Shown: positions 27,927 through 37,874 of the stretch, piece by piece
Layout of the letters: each line of letters starts with the position of its first letter
Position numbering within the stretch: position 1 is the stretch's first letter
NCBI GenBank assembly: GCA_964497165.1
Contig: CAZCEE010000001.1
Span: 1 to 40,582 of the forward strand
DNA length: 40,582 nt
Reading direction: 5' to 3'
Origin: an uncultured Schumannella sp.
Lineage (GTDB): Bacteria; Actinomycetota; Actinomycetes; Actinomycetales; Microbacteriaceae
The notes under the pieces: generated by a model
The model's input: only the letters and a program-made list of their open reading frames with translations
The model's database searches: none
Told to the model about the DNA's origin: nothing
Made by a program: the position numbers and the translations under genes

Positions 27927-29243
27927 GTGAGAGTTTCGGTGATCGGCTGCGGCTACCTCGGCGCCGTTCACGCGGCGTGCATGGCCGAACTCGGGCACGA
28001 CGTCGTCGGTGTGGACCGGGATCGCGCCAGAGTCGCCCTCCTTGGCGTCGGCAAGGCCCCGTTCTTCGAGCCGCGGTTGCAGGAGCTGCTTGAGCAAGGC
28101 GTCGCGCACGGCCGACTGCGATTCACGACCGATATTGCGGAAGTTGCCGGCAGCGCCATTCACTTCATCGCCGTAGGAACGCCCGAAGAGGGTGTCGACC
28201 GCAGCGTCGACCTCTCGGCGGTCGATGCCGCGTTCGCTGAGCTCACCCCGCACCTGCGCCCCGGCGATGTCGTCGCGGGCAAGTCGACGGTGCCGATCGG
28301 CACCGCTGCCCGACTCGCACCGATGGTTGAGGCAGAAGGTGCCCGACTGGTGTGGAACCCGGAGTTCCTTCGTGAGGGCTTCGCCGTGCGGGACACGTTC
28401 GCACCGAACCGCGTGGTGTACGGAGTGCGCGACGGCGATGAACGTTCGGTGCGTCTCCTCGACCAGGCCTACGAGGGTCTGGACGGCGACGACATTCCGC
28501 GGATTGTCACGGACTATGCCACCGCCGAATTGGTCAAGGTCTCAGCCAACTCGTTCCTTGCCACCAAGATCTCGTTCATCAACGCGATGGCCGAGATCGC
28601 CGAGGCGACAGGTGCTGACGTCGTGCAGTTGTCGGAGGCGCTGGGCTACGACCCGCGCATTGGCCCCCGGTTCCTCAGCTCCGGAGTCGGCTTCGGCGGC
28701 GGCTGTCTGCCGAAGGACATCCGCGGGTTCATCGCATTCGCAGACGCAGCGGGCATCGGCGAGTCGCTCGGCTTCCTGCGCGAGGTCGAAGCGGTCAACG
28801 ACCGTCGGCGAGCTCGTGTCGTCGCGCTCGCCGCCGACGCGTGCGGCGGGAGTCTTGTCGACCGTCGCATCGCCGTACTCGGTCTCGCGTTCAAACCCGA
28901 CTCCGATGATGTGCGCGACTCGCCGGCGCTTCGCGTTGCGCAGGAGTTCGCAGCGCGCGGAGCCAGCGTCATCGCGACCGATCCCCACGCGATCGAAACG
29001 GCCCGTGCCCTCGCGCCCGAACTCACGTATGAGCCCGACGTGATCACCGCGGCCACCGGGGCCGAGCTCGTCGTGCTCCTCACCGACTGGCGGCTCTACC
29101 GCGGGCTGGACCCGGTCGCAGTGGCCGCGGTCGCCGACCGGCTCATCGTCATCGACGGTCGCAACTGCCTCGACGTCGACGCCTGGCGCGCCGCAGGCTG
29201 GGACTATCGGGCACCGGGTCGACCCGCCCGGAACGCGGACTAG
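27927..29243 (+). CDS. ugd: UDP-glucose/GDP-mannose-family 6-dehydrogenase
   Basis: GCGYLG, AVGTP, KSTVP, NPEFLREG, NSFLATKISFIN, GFGGGCLPKD, AFKPDSDDVRDSP, DGRN. Start GTG 27927 lies 7 nt after TACTGT. Confidence 0.92.
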   Translation: MRVSVIGCGYLGAVHAACMAELGHDVVGVDRDRARVALLGVGKAPFFEPRLQELLEQGVAHGRLRFTTDIAEVAGSAIHFIAVGTPEEGVDRSVDLSAVDAAFAELTPHLRPGDVVAGKSTVPIGTAARLAPMVEAEGARLVWNPEFLREGFAVRDTFAPNRVVYGVRDGDERSVRLLDQAYEGLDGDDIPRIVTDYATAELVKVSANSFLATKISFINAMAEIAEATGADVVQLSEALGYDPRIGPRFLSSGVGFGGGCLPKDIRGFIAFADAAGIGESLGFLREVEAVNDRRRARVVALAADACGGSLVDRRIAVLGLAFKPDSDDVRDSPALRVAQEFAARGASVIATDPHAIETARALAPELTYEPDVITAATGAELVVLLTDWRLYRGLDPVAVAAVADRLIVIDGRNCLDVDAWRAAGWDYRAPGRPARNAD

Positions 29244-29246
29244 GCT
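29241..29246 (+). promoter_or_regulatory. Putative -10 (TAGGCT) for rmlC, overlapping the ugd stop codon
   Basis: TAG stop + GCT, 6 nt, then GTG 29253. Confidence 0.5.
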
Positions 29247-29252
29247 TCCAGG

Positions 29253-29867
29253 GTGCACGTCCGGCCTCTAGCGATCCCTGACGCGTTCGAGCTGACGCCG
29301 GTCACGCACACCGACGAGCGCGGGCTATTTCTGGAGATGTTCCGGAGCGACCGCCTATTCGAAGCGGTCGGTCACCTTATGACGCCAGCTCAGGTGAACC
29401 TGTCGGTCTCGCGCCGTGGAGTCCTGCGGGGCATCCACTTCGCGGACGTGCCACTCGGTCAGGCCAAGTACGTCACGGTGGCTGCCGGTCGGGTGATCGA
29501 TTACATCGTAGATTTGCGAGTCGGGTCGCCGACGTTCGGTGCGTGGGATTCGGTCGTGCTCGATGACGTCGATCGTCGTGCCGTCTTCATCGCCGAAGGG
29601 CTCGGGCACGCGTTCCTGACCACCAGTGATGAGGCGACGGTGAGCTATCTCGTCTCCGACGTCTTCCGGCCGGCCCGTGAGCACGGGCTCGACCCGCTCG
29701 ACCCCGAGATCGGTCTCGAGTTCCCTGCCGAGGCCGGGGAACTCGTCCTGTCGGAGAAGGACCGCGACGCCCCCTCGCTCGCGGAAGCGGTCGCCGCTGG
29801 AATCCTTCCGACTTGGGGACAGGCGCAATCCAGGTATTCCGACCTGAGGGAGAGTGCCCCCGAATGA
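29253..29867 (+). CDS. rmlC: dTDP-4-dehydrorhamnose 3,5-epimerase
   Basis: [45 protein letters not shown]. Confidence 0.95.
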   Translation: MHVRPLAIPDAFELTPVTHTDERGLFLEMFRSDRLFEAVGHLMTPAQVNLSVSRRGVLRGIHFADVPLGQAKYVTVAAGRVIDYIVDLRVGSPTFGAWDSVVLDDVDRRAVFIAEGLGHAFLTTSDEATVSYLVSDVFRPAREHGLDPLDPEIGLEFPAEAGELVLSEKDRDAPSLAEAVAAGILPTWGQAQSRYSDLRESAPE

Positions 29868-30733
29868 AGGGGCTTATCCTGGCCGGCGGCTCTGGCACCC
29901 GACTCTGGCCGATCACCAAGGGCATCTCGAAGCAGCTGATGCCGATCTACGACAAGCCGATGATCTACTACCCGCTGTCGACGCTCATGCTGGCCGGCAT
30001 CCGCGACATCCTGATCATCACGACGCCGGAGCACCGCGACCAGTTCGAGTCGCTTCTCGGTGACGGTACCGCGCTCGGCATCCGGCTCCAGTACGCAGTT
30101 CAGCCCTCGCCCGACGGACTCGCGCAGGCGTTCATCATCGGCGAGGAATTCGTCGGTGGCGACTCGGTGGCCCTCGTGCTCGGCGACAACATCTTCCACG
30201 GCGACGGGTTCTCGAGGGCTCTTCGCGAGCTCGGTGATCTCGACGGGGGTCTCGTTTTCGCGTACCAGGTCGCGGACCCGACTGCGTATGGCGTCGTCGA
30301 GTTCGACGCGGATTTCCGGGCGATCTCGATCGAGGAGAAGCCCGCCAACCCGAAGAGCCCCTACGCGATCCCCGGACTGTACTTCTACGACAACGACGTG
30401 CTCGAGATCGCGCGCGGCATCGCGCCGAGTGCCCGCGGCGAGCTGGAGATCTCGTCGGTCAACGAGCACTACCTCGAGGCCGGGCGGCTCCAGGTGCGCG
30501 TGCTTGACCGGGGCACCGCGTGGCTCGACACGGGAACGTTCGAGTCGATGATGCAGGCATCGGAGTACGTTCGCGTCATCGAAGACCGACAGGGCTACAA
30601 GATCGGCTGCCTCGAAGAGATCGCGTGGCGCGCCGGGTGGATCGACGACGCACAACTCGCGGCGCTCGCAGCCCCTCTGCTCAAGAGCGGCTACGGACGC
30701 TATCTCGAGGGTCTGCTGGACGCACCCCGCTGA
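29864..30733 (+). CDS. rmlA: Glucose-1-phosphate thymidylyltransferase
   Basis: [55 protein letters not shown]. Confidence 0.97.
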   Translation: MKGLILAGGSGTRLWPITKGISKQLMPIYDKPMIYYPLSTLMLAGIRDILIITTPEHRDQFESLLGDGTALGIRLQYAVQPSPDGLAQAFIIGEEFVGGDSVALVLGDNIFHGDGFSRALRELGDLDGGLVFAYQVADPTAYGVVEFDADFRAISIEEKPANPKSPYAIPGLYFYDNDVLEIARGIAPSARGELEISSVNEHYLEAGRLQVRVLDRGTAWLDTGTFESMMQASEYVRVIEDRQGYKIGCLEEIAWRAGWIDDAQLAALAAPLLKSGYGRYLEGLLDAPR

Positions 30734-30737
30734 TCGG

Positions 30738-31619
30738 TCAGCGGCCGAGGCCGCGCACGAGGAGCGCGGAGCGGAGGGCGAGGCCGACAGTGATCACGAC
30801 GCGCACGGGCCACAGCCACCACGCCGCGTACTTGCGGCGGATGAAACGGCGCGCGCTCGCGTGGTGGGCGCGCACCATGCGTGCAGACTCACTTCCGGTC
30901 GAGTGCGCGCCGGTGTGGAGCGCGGCCGCGGCGGGCTCGTAGATGTTGCGGTACCCGTGCTTGCCGAGTCGGTAGCCGAGGTCGACGTCTTCGAAGTACA
31001 TGAAGTAGCCGTCATCGAAGCCGCCGATCGCGTCGAATGCCTCCCGGCGGACCAGCACGCACGAACCCGACAACCAGCCCGCGTCGCGCCTTTCACCCGC
31101 GACAGCAAGGTCGTCGAGGTACCGCCGGCTCCAGGGGTTCGTCGCCCAGAGGTTCGTGAAGAGTGCGTGGCCGATGCCGGTTCGTAGGGACGGCACTGAC
31201 CGCGCGGACGGGTACGTCGAGCCGTCAGGGTTGTGGATCACCGGCCCGACCGAGCCGATCGTGTCATCACTGCGGCCTGTCGCGACGAGCCGATCCAGCG
31301 CCCCCGCGTCGAGCTCGACATCGGGATTGGCGATGAGGATCCACTCGACGCCATCGGGTAGGCGGTTGACGGCGGCGTTGACGGCGGCGCCGTATCCAGG
31401 GTTGGCAGCAATGGGCACGTAGTCGGCTCGGGCGCTCTCGGCGATCCCGGCGGCGTCGCCTTCGGCGGGGAGGTTGTCAGCGACCACGATCGCGACAGGC
31501 GCGGAGGTGGCTGCGGGCACGGACGCGAGGAAACCGGTCAGCACCGCGTCGGACCGGTAGGCCACGGTCACGATCCCGACGCGGACCTCTGAGGCGTCCG
31601 GGGACTCGTTCGAGGGCAC
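30738..31619 (-). CDS. wbbL: WbbL-like GT2 (GlcNAc-PP-polyprenol rhamnosyltransferase family)
   Basis: VTVAY, NPGYGAAVN, ILIANPD, YPSARSVP, GWLSGSCVLVRR, GFDDGYFMYFEDVDLG, HHASARRF. Start GTG 31619 lies 8 nt after TAGGAT. Confidence 0.8.
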   Translation of the reverse strand: MPSNESPDASEVRVGIVTVAYRSDAVLTGFLASVPAATSAPVAIVVADNLPAEGDAAGIAESARADYVPIAANPGYGAAVNAAVNRLPDGVEWILIANPDVELDAGALDRLVATGRSDDTIGSVGPVIHNPDGSTYPSARSVPSLRTGIGHALFTNLWATNPWSRRYLDDLAVAGERRDAGWLSGSCVLVRREAFDAIGGFDDGYFMYFEDVDLGYRLGKHGYRNIYEPAAAALHTGAHSTGSESARMVRAHHASARRFIRRKYAAWWLWPVRVVITVGLALRSALLVRGLGR

Positions 31620-31627
31620 GGGTCCGA

Positions 31628-31656
31628 ATCCTATCGGCGTGGGCTCCACATATCCT
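31628..31656. promoter_or_regulatory. Divergent leaderless promoters (TAGGAT on -, TATCCT on +)
   Basis: TAGGAT (31633-31628)-N8-GTG 31619; TATCCT (31651-31656)-N6-GTG 31663. Confidence 0.5.
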
Positions 31657-31662
31657 GGCGGG

Positions 31663-32700
31663 GTGACCACCGCCGCTGCTCCGATGCGGTCTCCTACGGT
31701 GTCGGTCGCCCTGTGCACGCACAACGGTGCGGCGTACGTGGGCGAGCAGGTGCGCAGCATCCTCGCTCAACGTCCGGTTCCGATCGAGATCGTCGTCGGC
31801 GACGACGCGTCAAGCGATGACACTGTCGCCGTCGTCGAACGCACCGTAGCTGAGGCGAAGGCCGCCGATCCGACGCTCCGGGTCACGCTCACGATCCACC
31901 GCCGCGACGAGCCACTCGGCGTCGTCGGCAACTTCGCGGCGACCCTCGCCGCCTGCCGGGGGGATATCGTCGCCCTGAGCGACCAGGATGACGTCTGGGC
32001 ATCCGACAAGCTCGCCCGGATCGTGCCGCGGTTCGCCGACGACCCCGATCTGCTTCTGGTGCACACCGACGCCCGCCTCGTCGACGGCGGTGGCGAGCCG
32101 CTCGGACTCACGCTGCTCGACGCCCTCGAGGCGACGCCCGGCGAGCGATCGGGGCTCGAGTGGGGGGACGCTTTCGGCGTTCTCATGCGGCGCAATCTCG
32201 TCACCGGAGCGACCGTCATCGTGCGGCGGTCGCTCGTCGATCGGGCCGCTCCGTTCCCGGCGACGTGGGTGCACGACGAGTGGCTCGCGGTGCTGGCCGC
32301 CGCGCTCGGCACCCTGCGGCTGGAGCCCGAGCAGCTCATCCACTACCGCCAACACGGTGCCAACGTGATCGGAGCCCGCCGCCCGACGATGGGCGAGAGG
32401 ATGCGCAAACTGCGCGAGCCACGGGCCGAGCGCGCGTCGTGGCTCATCGAGCGGTCGCGCACGCTGGTCGAGCGTCTCGAATCGCTCGACGCGTCACCGC
32501 AGCGCCTCCGCGCGGCGCGCGGCAAGTTGGCGCACGAGACGGCCAGGTCGCGGCTGCCCCGGACGCGGATCGCCCGCCTGCCCGGGGTGCTCGCAGGGGC
32601 GGTCACCGGGCGCTATTCGCGGTACAGTCGGGGCCCGATCGACATCCTGCGCGACCTCGCGCAGCCGGCGGGCCACGATCGCGAAGGGGAGCAGGCATGA
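31663..32700 (+). CDS. GT2 rhamnosyltransferase (RgpB/GacC-like)
   Basis: SVALCTHNGAAY, DDASSD, NFA, LSDQDDVW, NLVTGAT, HDEWL, YRQHGANVIG. Confidence 0.88.
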   Translation: MTTAAAPMRSPTVSVALCTHNGAAYVGEQVRSILAQRPVPIEIVVGDDASSDDTVAVVERTVAEAKAADPTLRVTLTIHRRDEPLGVVGNFAATLAACRGDIVALSDQDDVWASDKLARIVPRFADDPDLLLVHTDARLVDGGGEPLGLTLLDALEATPGERSGLEWGDAFGVLMRRNLVTGATVIVRRSLVDRAAPFPATWVHDEWLAVLAAALGTLRLEPEQLIHYRQHGANVIGARRPTMGERMRKLREPRAERASWLIERSRTLVERLESLDASPQRLRAARGKLAHETARSRLPRTRIARLPGVLAGAVTGRYSRYSRGPIDILRDLAQPAGHDREGEQA

Positions 32701-34058
32701 CGCGCGTGCTGATCCTCACCGGGGACCCCATCGGTGAACGGATGGCCGGGCCCGCCATCCGGGTGTGGAACACTGCCCTCACCCTGCAGGCCGACGGTCA
32801 CGACGTGCGGGTGGTCACGACGACCCGGGCGGAGCGGCCCGACGCGCCCTTCGATCTGTTCGCGGTGGCGCCGGGGGATGACCGCGCCTTCCGGCCGCAC
32901 GAACGCTGGGCCGAGGTCGTGCTGTTCCAGGGCTATGGACTGAGCCAGCTCCCCTCCCTGAGGCGCAGCGACCGGTTCCTGGTCGCCGACGTGTACGACC
33001 CCATGCATCTCGAGATGCTCGAGCAGGGGCGAGAGCTGCCTGAGGCGACCTGGACTCTTCGCGTCGCTGCGGCACGCGACGCTCTCGACGACCAGCTGCG
33101 CCGCGCCGACCTGGTGCTGTGCGCCAGCGAGCGTCAGCGGCTGTTCTACCTCGGCCATCTCGCCGCCCTCGGCCGGATCAACCCGGCGACCTACCGTGAC
33201 GACCCCGATCTGCGTGGACTGCTCGACCTCATGCCGTTCGGACTCGACCCGATACCCCCGACGCCCGGTTCGGCCCTGCGTGGCGTCATCCCGGGGTTCG
33301 ACGCGGGCTCGAAGATCCTCATCTGGGGCGGCGGCGTCTACAGCTGGTTCGACCCGTTGTCGCTGATCCGCGCCGTTGCCGCCCTCTCGGCCGAGCGCGA
33401 CGACGTGCGCCTGTTCTTCCTCGGAACGCGGCATCCGGGCGTCGAAGAGATGGGGATCGTGCGCGAATCCTTCGACCTCGCCCGCGAGCTCGGGGTCGAG
33501 GGCACGAGCGTCGTGTTCAACGACACCTGGGTGCCCTACGCCGACCGCGCCGCCTACCTGCTCGACGCCGATGCGGGAGTGAGCACCCACCACCTCCACG
33601 TCGAGACGACGTTCGCGTTCCGCACCCGCATCCTCGACTACCTCTGGGCGGGTCTGCCGATGGTGGTGACCGACGGTGACGGGTTCGCCGACCTCGTGCG
33701 TGACGAGCAGCTCGGGGTCGTCGTGCCCGGGAACGATGTCGCCGCCCTCACCGCGGCGCTCGCCGAGGTGCTAGACCCCGCCCGTGCAGCGGTCTACCGC
33801 GCCAACGTCTCCCGGGTGCGCGACGGCTTCGCCTGGCCCATCGTGTTGGGGCCCCTCCGTGCGTTCGTCGCCGACCCCCACCATGCAGCCGACTACGCGG
33901 GCGACCGGGGGGCAATGGGCACTGGATCGGAGCGCGACGGTCGACGGCTCTCCGGGCCGCTGCACGACGCACGAATGGCGTGGCACCACCTGCGGCATTC
34001 CGGGGTGCGCGACGTGCTCCGCCGCGTGCGGGGGCGCCTCGACCGTCGGGGCGGCTGA
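32697..34058 (+). CDS. GT-B fold glycosyltransferase (GT4-like)
   Basis: MAGPAIR, DVYDPMHLE, CASERQR, WGGGVYSWFDP, ETTFAFRTRILDYLWAGLP; ATGA coupling with the upstream GT2. Confidence 0.8.
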   Translation: MTRVLILTGDPIGERMAGPAIRVWNTALTLQADGHDVRVVTTTRAERPDAPFDLFAVAPGDDRAFRPHERWAEVVLFQGYGLSQLPSLRRSDRFLVADVYDPMHLEMLEQGRELPEATWTLRVAAARDALDDQLRRADLVLCASERQRLFYLGHLAALGRINPATYRDDPDLRGLLDLMPFGLDPIPPTPGSALRGVIPGFDAGSKILIWGGGVYSWFDPLSLIRAVAALSAERDDVRLFFLGTRHPGVEEMGIVRESFDLARELGVEGTSVVFNDTWVPYADRAAYLLDADAGVSTHHLHVETTFAFRTRILDYLWAGLPMVVTDGDGFADLVRDEQLGVVVPGNDVAALTAALAEVLDPARAAVYRANVSRVRDGFAWPIVLGPLRAFVADPHHAADYAGDRGAMGTGSERDGRRLSGPLHDARMAWHHLRHSGVRDVLRRVRGRLDRRGG

Positions 34059-34099
34059 CTGCCAGGTCTTTCCCGGGTGGGCGTCCGTACGCTCAACGG

Positions 34100-35620
34100 G
34101 TGGTGGGGCGACTTCGGGGTTACGTGACGTCGCCGCGAGCGCTCCTGCTCGCGCCGGTGTTCCTGTTCGCGACTCTTCTCGCCTGGGCACTCTCGTCGCC
34201 CGTCGGTTCGTCGCCCGACGAAGACTTCCACCTGGTCAGCATCTGGTGCGCGACGGGAGACGAAGCCGCCTGCATCCAGGAGGATGGTGCGACGGAGGCG
34301 ACGGTTCCCGGCGCTCTGCTCGACGTCGCGTGCTACGCGTTCCACAGCGAGGTGAGCGGCGACTGCCAGGACGAGCTCGACCTCCGCGGCCAGCCCGATA
34401 CGCAGACGGAACGCGGCAACTTCTACGGCGCGTATCCGCCCATCTTCTACGCGACGATGAGCCTCTTCGTGGGTCCGGACATCGAGGAGTCGGTGCTCGC
34501 GATGCGTGTGTTCGGGGCGCTGCTCTTCACGGCCCTCGCGACCGCACTGTTCTTGCTCTTGCCACCCGACCGCCGACCGAATCTGGTGTGGGCGTGGCTG
34601 GTCACGACCCTCCCCCTCGGGTTGTTCGTGCTGTCGTCCACCAACCCCAGTTCGTGGGCGATTGCCGGCGTCGGCTTCGGGTGGCTTGCGCTGGCAGGGT
34701 TCTTCGAGACGCGCGGTGTGCGCAAGATCGGCCTCGGGGTGCTGTTCGCACTGTCGGTCGTGATGGCGGCGGGCTCGCGCGGCGATGCCTCGCTGTATAT
34801 GGTGATTGCGATCCTGGCGACCGTCGTGCTCCAGGGTCACCGCACCCGGCGGTTCGCTCTCGACGCGATTCTGCCCCTCGTCGCGGTTGTGGTCTGCGCT
34901 CTGATGTTCCGAGTGTCCCGCCCGACTGAGCATGTCACGCAAGGCATTACGCCAGACGAAGGAGCCTCGGCCCTCTCTCGCATCCTTCCGACCGTGTTCG
35001 ATGTGCCCGGGCTGTGGATGGGCATGTTCGGCAACGGCTACGGCCTCGGCTGGCTGGACACGGCGATGCCGGCCGTGGTGGGGCTCGGATCGCTTGCCTG
35101 TTTCGTCGGTGCCGGGATCGTCGCTGTGTCTCGAGCGGACGTGCGCAAGTCGATCGTGCTCATCGGCGGCATCGTCGTGCTGTGGGCCCTTCCCACAGCC
35201 GTCCTGGTCGCGGCGGGCGAGTCGGTTGGCTCCAACGTTCAGCCGCGCTACCTGCTCCCGCTGCTGCTGTTGTTCGCTGGCGTGCTGTTCTGGGCGCCAC
35301 GCGGCCAGAGCATCCGCTTCGGCCGCGCGCAGCGCATCGTCGTCGTCGTGACTCTCGCGATGGCCCACGCGATCGCGCTCCACCTCAATCTCTCGCGCTA
35401 CGTCAACGGGTTCGATGACCTCGCCGCGAACCTCGACAGCGGTATCGAATGGTGGTGGGACGTTCCGGTGTCGCCGATGTCGGTGTGGGTCGTCGGGGCG
35501 CTCGCCTACGCGGGCCTCGTCGTCCTGCTCGTCGCCCGGGTCGGCTATGACGAGACTTCCGTCGCTGCGCCCACTGAACAGGCCCTCGAGTCGACCGACT
35601 CGAGCGGAGCGCGACAGTGA
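34100..35620 (+). CDS. DUF2142-like (GacL-like) GT-C membrane glycosyltransferase, copy 1
   Basis: SPVGSSPDEDFH after TM1, RGNFYGAYPPIFY, STNPSSW, GSRGD, LGWLDT, QPRYLLP. Start GTG 34100 lies 6 nt after TACGCT. Confidence 0.75.
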   Translation: MVGRLRGYVTSPRALLLAPVFLFATLLAWALSSPVGSSPDEDFHLVSIWCATGDEAACIQEDGATEATVPGALLDVACYAFHSEVSGDCQDELDLRGQPDTQTERGNFYGAYPPIFYATMSLFVGPDIEESVLAMRVFGALLFTALATALFLLLPPDRRPNLVWAWLVTTLPLGLFVLSSTNPSSWAIAGVGFGWLALAGFFETRGVRKIGLGVLFALSVVMAAGSRGDASLYMVIAILATVVLQGHRTRRFALDAILPLVAVVVCALMFRVSRPTEHVTQGITPDEGASALSRILPTVFDVPGLWMGMFGNGYGLGWLDTAMPAVVGLGSLACFVGAGIVAVSRADVRKSIVLIGGIVVLWALPTAVLVAAGESVGSNVQPRYLLPLLLLFAGVLFWAPRGQSIRFGRAQRIVVVVTLAMAHAIALHLNLSRYVNGFDDLAANLDSGIEWWWDVPVSPMSVWVVGALAYAGLVVLLVARVGYDETSVAAPTEQALESTDSSGARQ

Positions 35621-37122
35621 CGAGACGCCGTCCGCCGGTGTTGGCGCTGCTCCCGGTACTCGCTCTCCTGACGCTCCTGGCCTGGGTGTTCGCCTCGCCG
35701 ATCGGGGCTGGCCCCGACGACGACTACCACCTCACCAGCACCTGGTGCGTGGGTGCGACGGCCGACGAGACCTGTGCGCCGGTCGACGGAGAGGGGGGCG
35801 ACCACGAGATCTCTGTCGAGCTGGCCGAGATCTCCTGCTTCGGCGGCGACGCGGAGCAGAGTGCCGCCTGTCAGGAAGCGATCTTCGACGGCGACATGAC
35901 CGACGACACCGTCCTGTCCGACCGGGGCAACTTCTACGGCGAGTACCCCCCGTTCTACTACGCCGTGATGAGCGTGTTCACGAGCGAGGATCTGCAGCTC
36001 TCCGCGCTGCTCATGCGGGTGTTCACCATCGTCATGTTCGTGGGCATCCTGACGGCGCTGTATCTCCTGCTCCCGGTCGCGCGGCGCCCCACGCTCGTCA
36101 TCGGATGGCTTGTCACGACCATCCCGTTGGGTGTCTTCCTGCTCGCCTCCAACAATCCGAGCGCCTGGGCGACGATCGGCGTCGGAACGAGCTGGATTGC
36201 GCTGCTCGGCTACTTCGAGACGACCGGACGGCGTCGGGTCGCTCTGGGAGCGGTCTATGCGCTCGGGGTGGTGATGGCGGCGGGCAGCCGGGGGGACGCG
36301 GCGGTGTACGTGGGATTCGCGACAGCGCTGGTGCTCGTGTACGCGTTCCGGCCGCGTCGGCAGTTCTTCCGTGCTGCGGTTCTCCCGGTCGCGATGGCTT
36401 TCATTGCGTTGACCTTCCTGCTGACCTCGCGACAAGCGGGAGCTGGCGCCATCGGGTTCACGGACGCGCCAGGGGGCGGCGGTGCAGGAGACTCCACGTC
36501 GAACGTGCAGGGGCTCTCGGAGTTCGGGAGCCTCGCCTACAACGTCCTGAATGCGCCCTTCATCTGGGTGGGGTCATTGGGCGAATGGGGACTCGGCTGG
36601 CTCGACACGGCGATGCCCGCGATCGTCATCCTTCCGGCGATCGCCGCGTTCGTCATGGCCGGTTTCCTGGGGATGGGACGGCTCGGCCCGCGGAAGGCGG
36701 TCATGGTCGGGGCTGTCGTGCTGGTGCTGTGGGCGCTGCCCGTGTTCGTGCTCCAGCGAGGCGGAGACACCGTGGGCGAGATGCTGCAGCCGCGCTACCT
36801 GCTGCCGCTCATCGTTCTGCTCGGCGGTCTGCTTGCTCTGGACGCGCCTGCGGTGCGGTGGACCCGGGGTCAGGTGCGGCTCGTCGCTGTCGCGCTCACC
36901 GTCGCCCACACGGTCGCGCTCTACATCAACATCCGCCGCTACCTCACCGGCGCAGACGCGGGCGGACTGAGTCTCGACGTCGACCCCGAGTGGTGGTGGA
37001 ACGCTCCCTTCTCGCCGATGTTCGTCTGGATCGTCGGCTCATTGGCCTACGCGGCGCTCATGGTCCTGGTCGTCACGCGGGTCCTCGCCCCAGAGCCGCA
37101 CTCGCGTCCGGTGCGCCGCTAG
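35617..37122 (+). CDS. DUF2142-like (GacL-like) GT-C membrane glycosyltransferase, copy 2
   Basis: SPIGAGPDDDYH, RGNFYGEYPPFYY, SNNPSAW, GSRGD, LGWLDT, QPRYLLP. Confidence 0.75.
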   Translation: MTRRRPPVLALLPVLALLTLLAWVFASPIGAGPDDDYHLTSTWCVGATADETCAPVDGEGGDHEISVELAEISCFGGDAEQSAACQEAIFDGDMTDDTVLSDRGNFYGEYPPFYYAVMSVFTSEDLQLSALLMRVFTIVMFVGILTALYLLLPVARRPTLVIGWLVTTIPLGVFLLASNNPSAWATIGVGTSWIALLGYFETTGRRRVALGAVYALGVVMAAGSRGDAAVYVGFATALVLVYAFRPRRQFFRAAVLPVAMAFIALTFLLTSRQAGAGAIGFTDAPGGGGAGDSTSNVQGLSEFGSLAYNVLNAPFIWVGSLGEWGLGWLDTAMPAIVILPAIAAFVMAGFLGMGRLGPRKAVMVGAVVLVLWALPVFVLQRGGDTVGEMLQPRYLLPLIVLLGGLLALDAPAVRWTRGQVRLVAVALTVAHTVALYINIRRYLTGADAGGLSLDVDPEWWWNAPFSPMFVWIVGSLAYAALMVLVVTRVLAPEPHSRPVRR

Positions 37123-37133
37123 GCTCGATGACC

Positions 37134-37874
37134 ATGAGGCTCCTCGTCGCGATCCCTGCGCTCAACGAGGAGTCGGCAATTGGCGGGGTGCTCAAGTCGC
37201 TCGCGACGGTCCACTCGCTCGACGACGTCGTCGTGATCGACGACGGATCGCGCGACGCCACCGCTCGGCTTGCTCGCGAGGCCGGGGCGCACGTTCTCTC
37301 GCACGCGATCAACCTCGGCGTCGGCGCCGCCATGGGAACCGCCTTCAAGTACGCGTCCCGGAACGGCTACGACGCCGTCGTGCAGTTCGATGGGGACGGC
37401 CAGCACCGGCCCGAGCACATCCCCGACCTCGTGGCCGCGGTTGCACACTCCGACATCGTCATCGGGAGCCGCTACGCGCAGGGCGGAACCTTCAAGTCGT
37501 CGGCGGCCCGCCGCGGAGTGCAGCGTCTGATCGCGCGAGTCGCGTCCGCGTACGCGCGCACCAAGCTCACGGATGCCACGAGCGGCTTTCGGATCGCCGG
37601 CCCGCGCGCGCTCGCCGTCTTTGCGGAGCACTACCCCGTCGAGTGGCTCGGCGACACCGTCGAATCGATCGTGCTCGCCACCCGGCAGGGCCTCTCCGTC
37701 CGCGAGATCCCGGTGGAGATGAACGAGCGGGCAGGCGGCGTACCGTCGCAGTCGGTCGTCCGCGCCACGCTCTACACCGGCCGGATCCTCTTCATCCTGG
37801 GCCTCGCGAGCATCAGAAGCGTCCCCCCTGAGATCCGGGCGTTGCGGTTGAGGGACCAGAAGGCGGCCGCGTGA
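37134..37874 (+). CDS. GT2 polyprenyl-phosphate sugar synthase (GacI-like)
   Basis: IPALNEE, IDDGSRD, NLGVGAA, QFDGDGQH, IGSRY, DATSGFR, EIPVEMNERAGG; no C-terminal TM pair; followed by a DUF2304-like gene. Confidence 0.85.
   Translation: MRLLVAIPALNEESAIGGVLKSLATVHSLDDVVVIDDGSRDATARLAREAGAHVLSHAINLGVGAAMGTAFKYASRNGYDAVVQFDGDGQHRPEHIPDLVAAVAHSDIVIGSRYAQGGTFKSSAARRGVQRLIARVASAYARTKLTDATSGFRIAGPRALAVFAEHYPVEWLGDTVESIVLATRQGLSVREIPVEMNERAGGVPSQSVVRATLYTGRILFILGLASIRSVPPEIRALRLRDQKAAA

Noticed and set aside
32160-32696. N-terminal extension of the 632-aa ORF
   Set aside because: Overlaps the upstream GT2 out of frame; SD-like GGGGAG and the ATGA overlap support a start at 32697.
35415-37874. 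819-aa ORF suggesting a large fusion
   Set aside because: The first ~570 aa are an off-frame read over the DUF2142-like genes; GT2 motifs begin at 37134.
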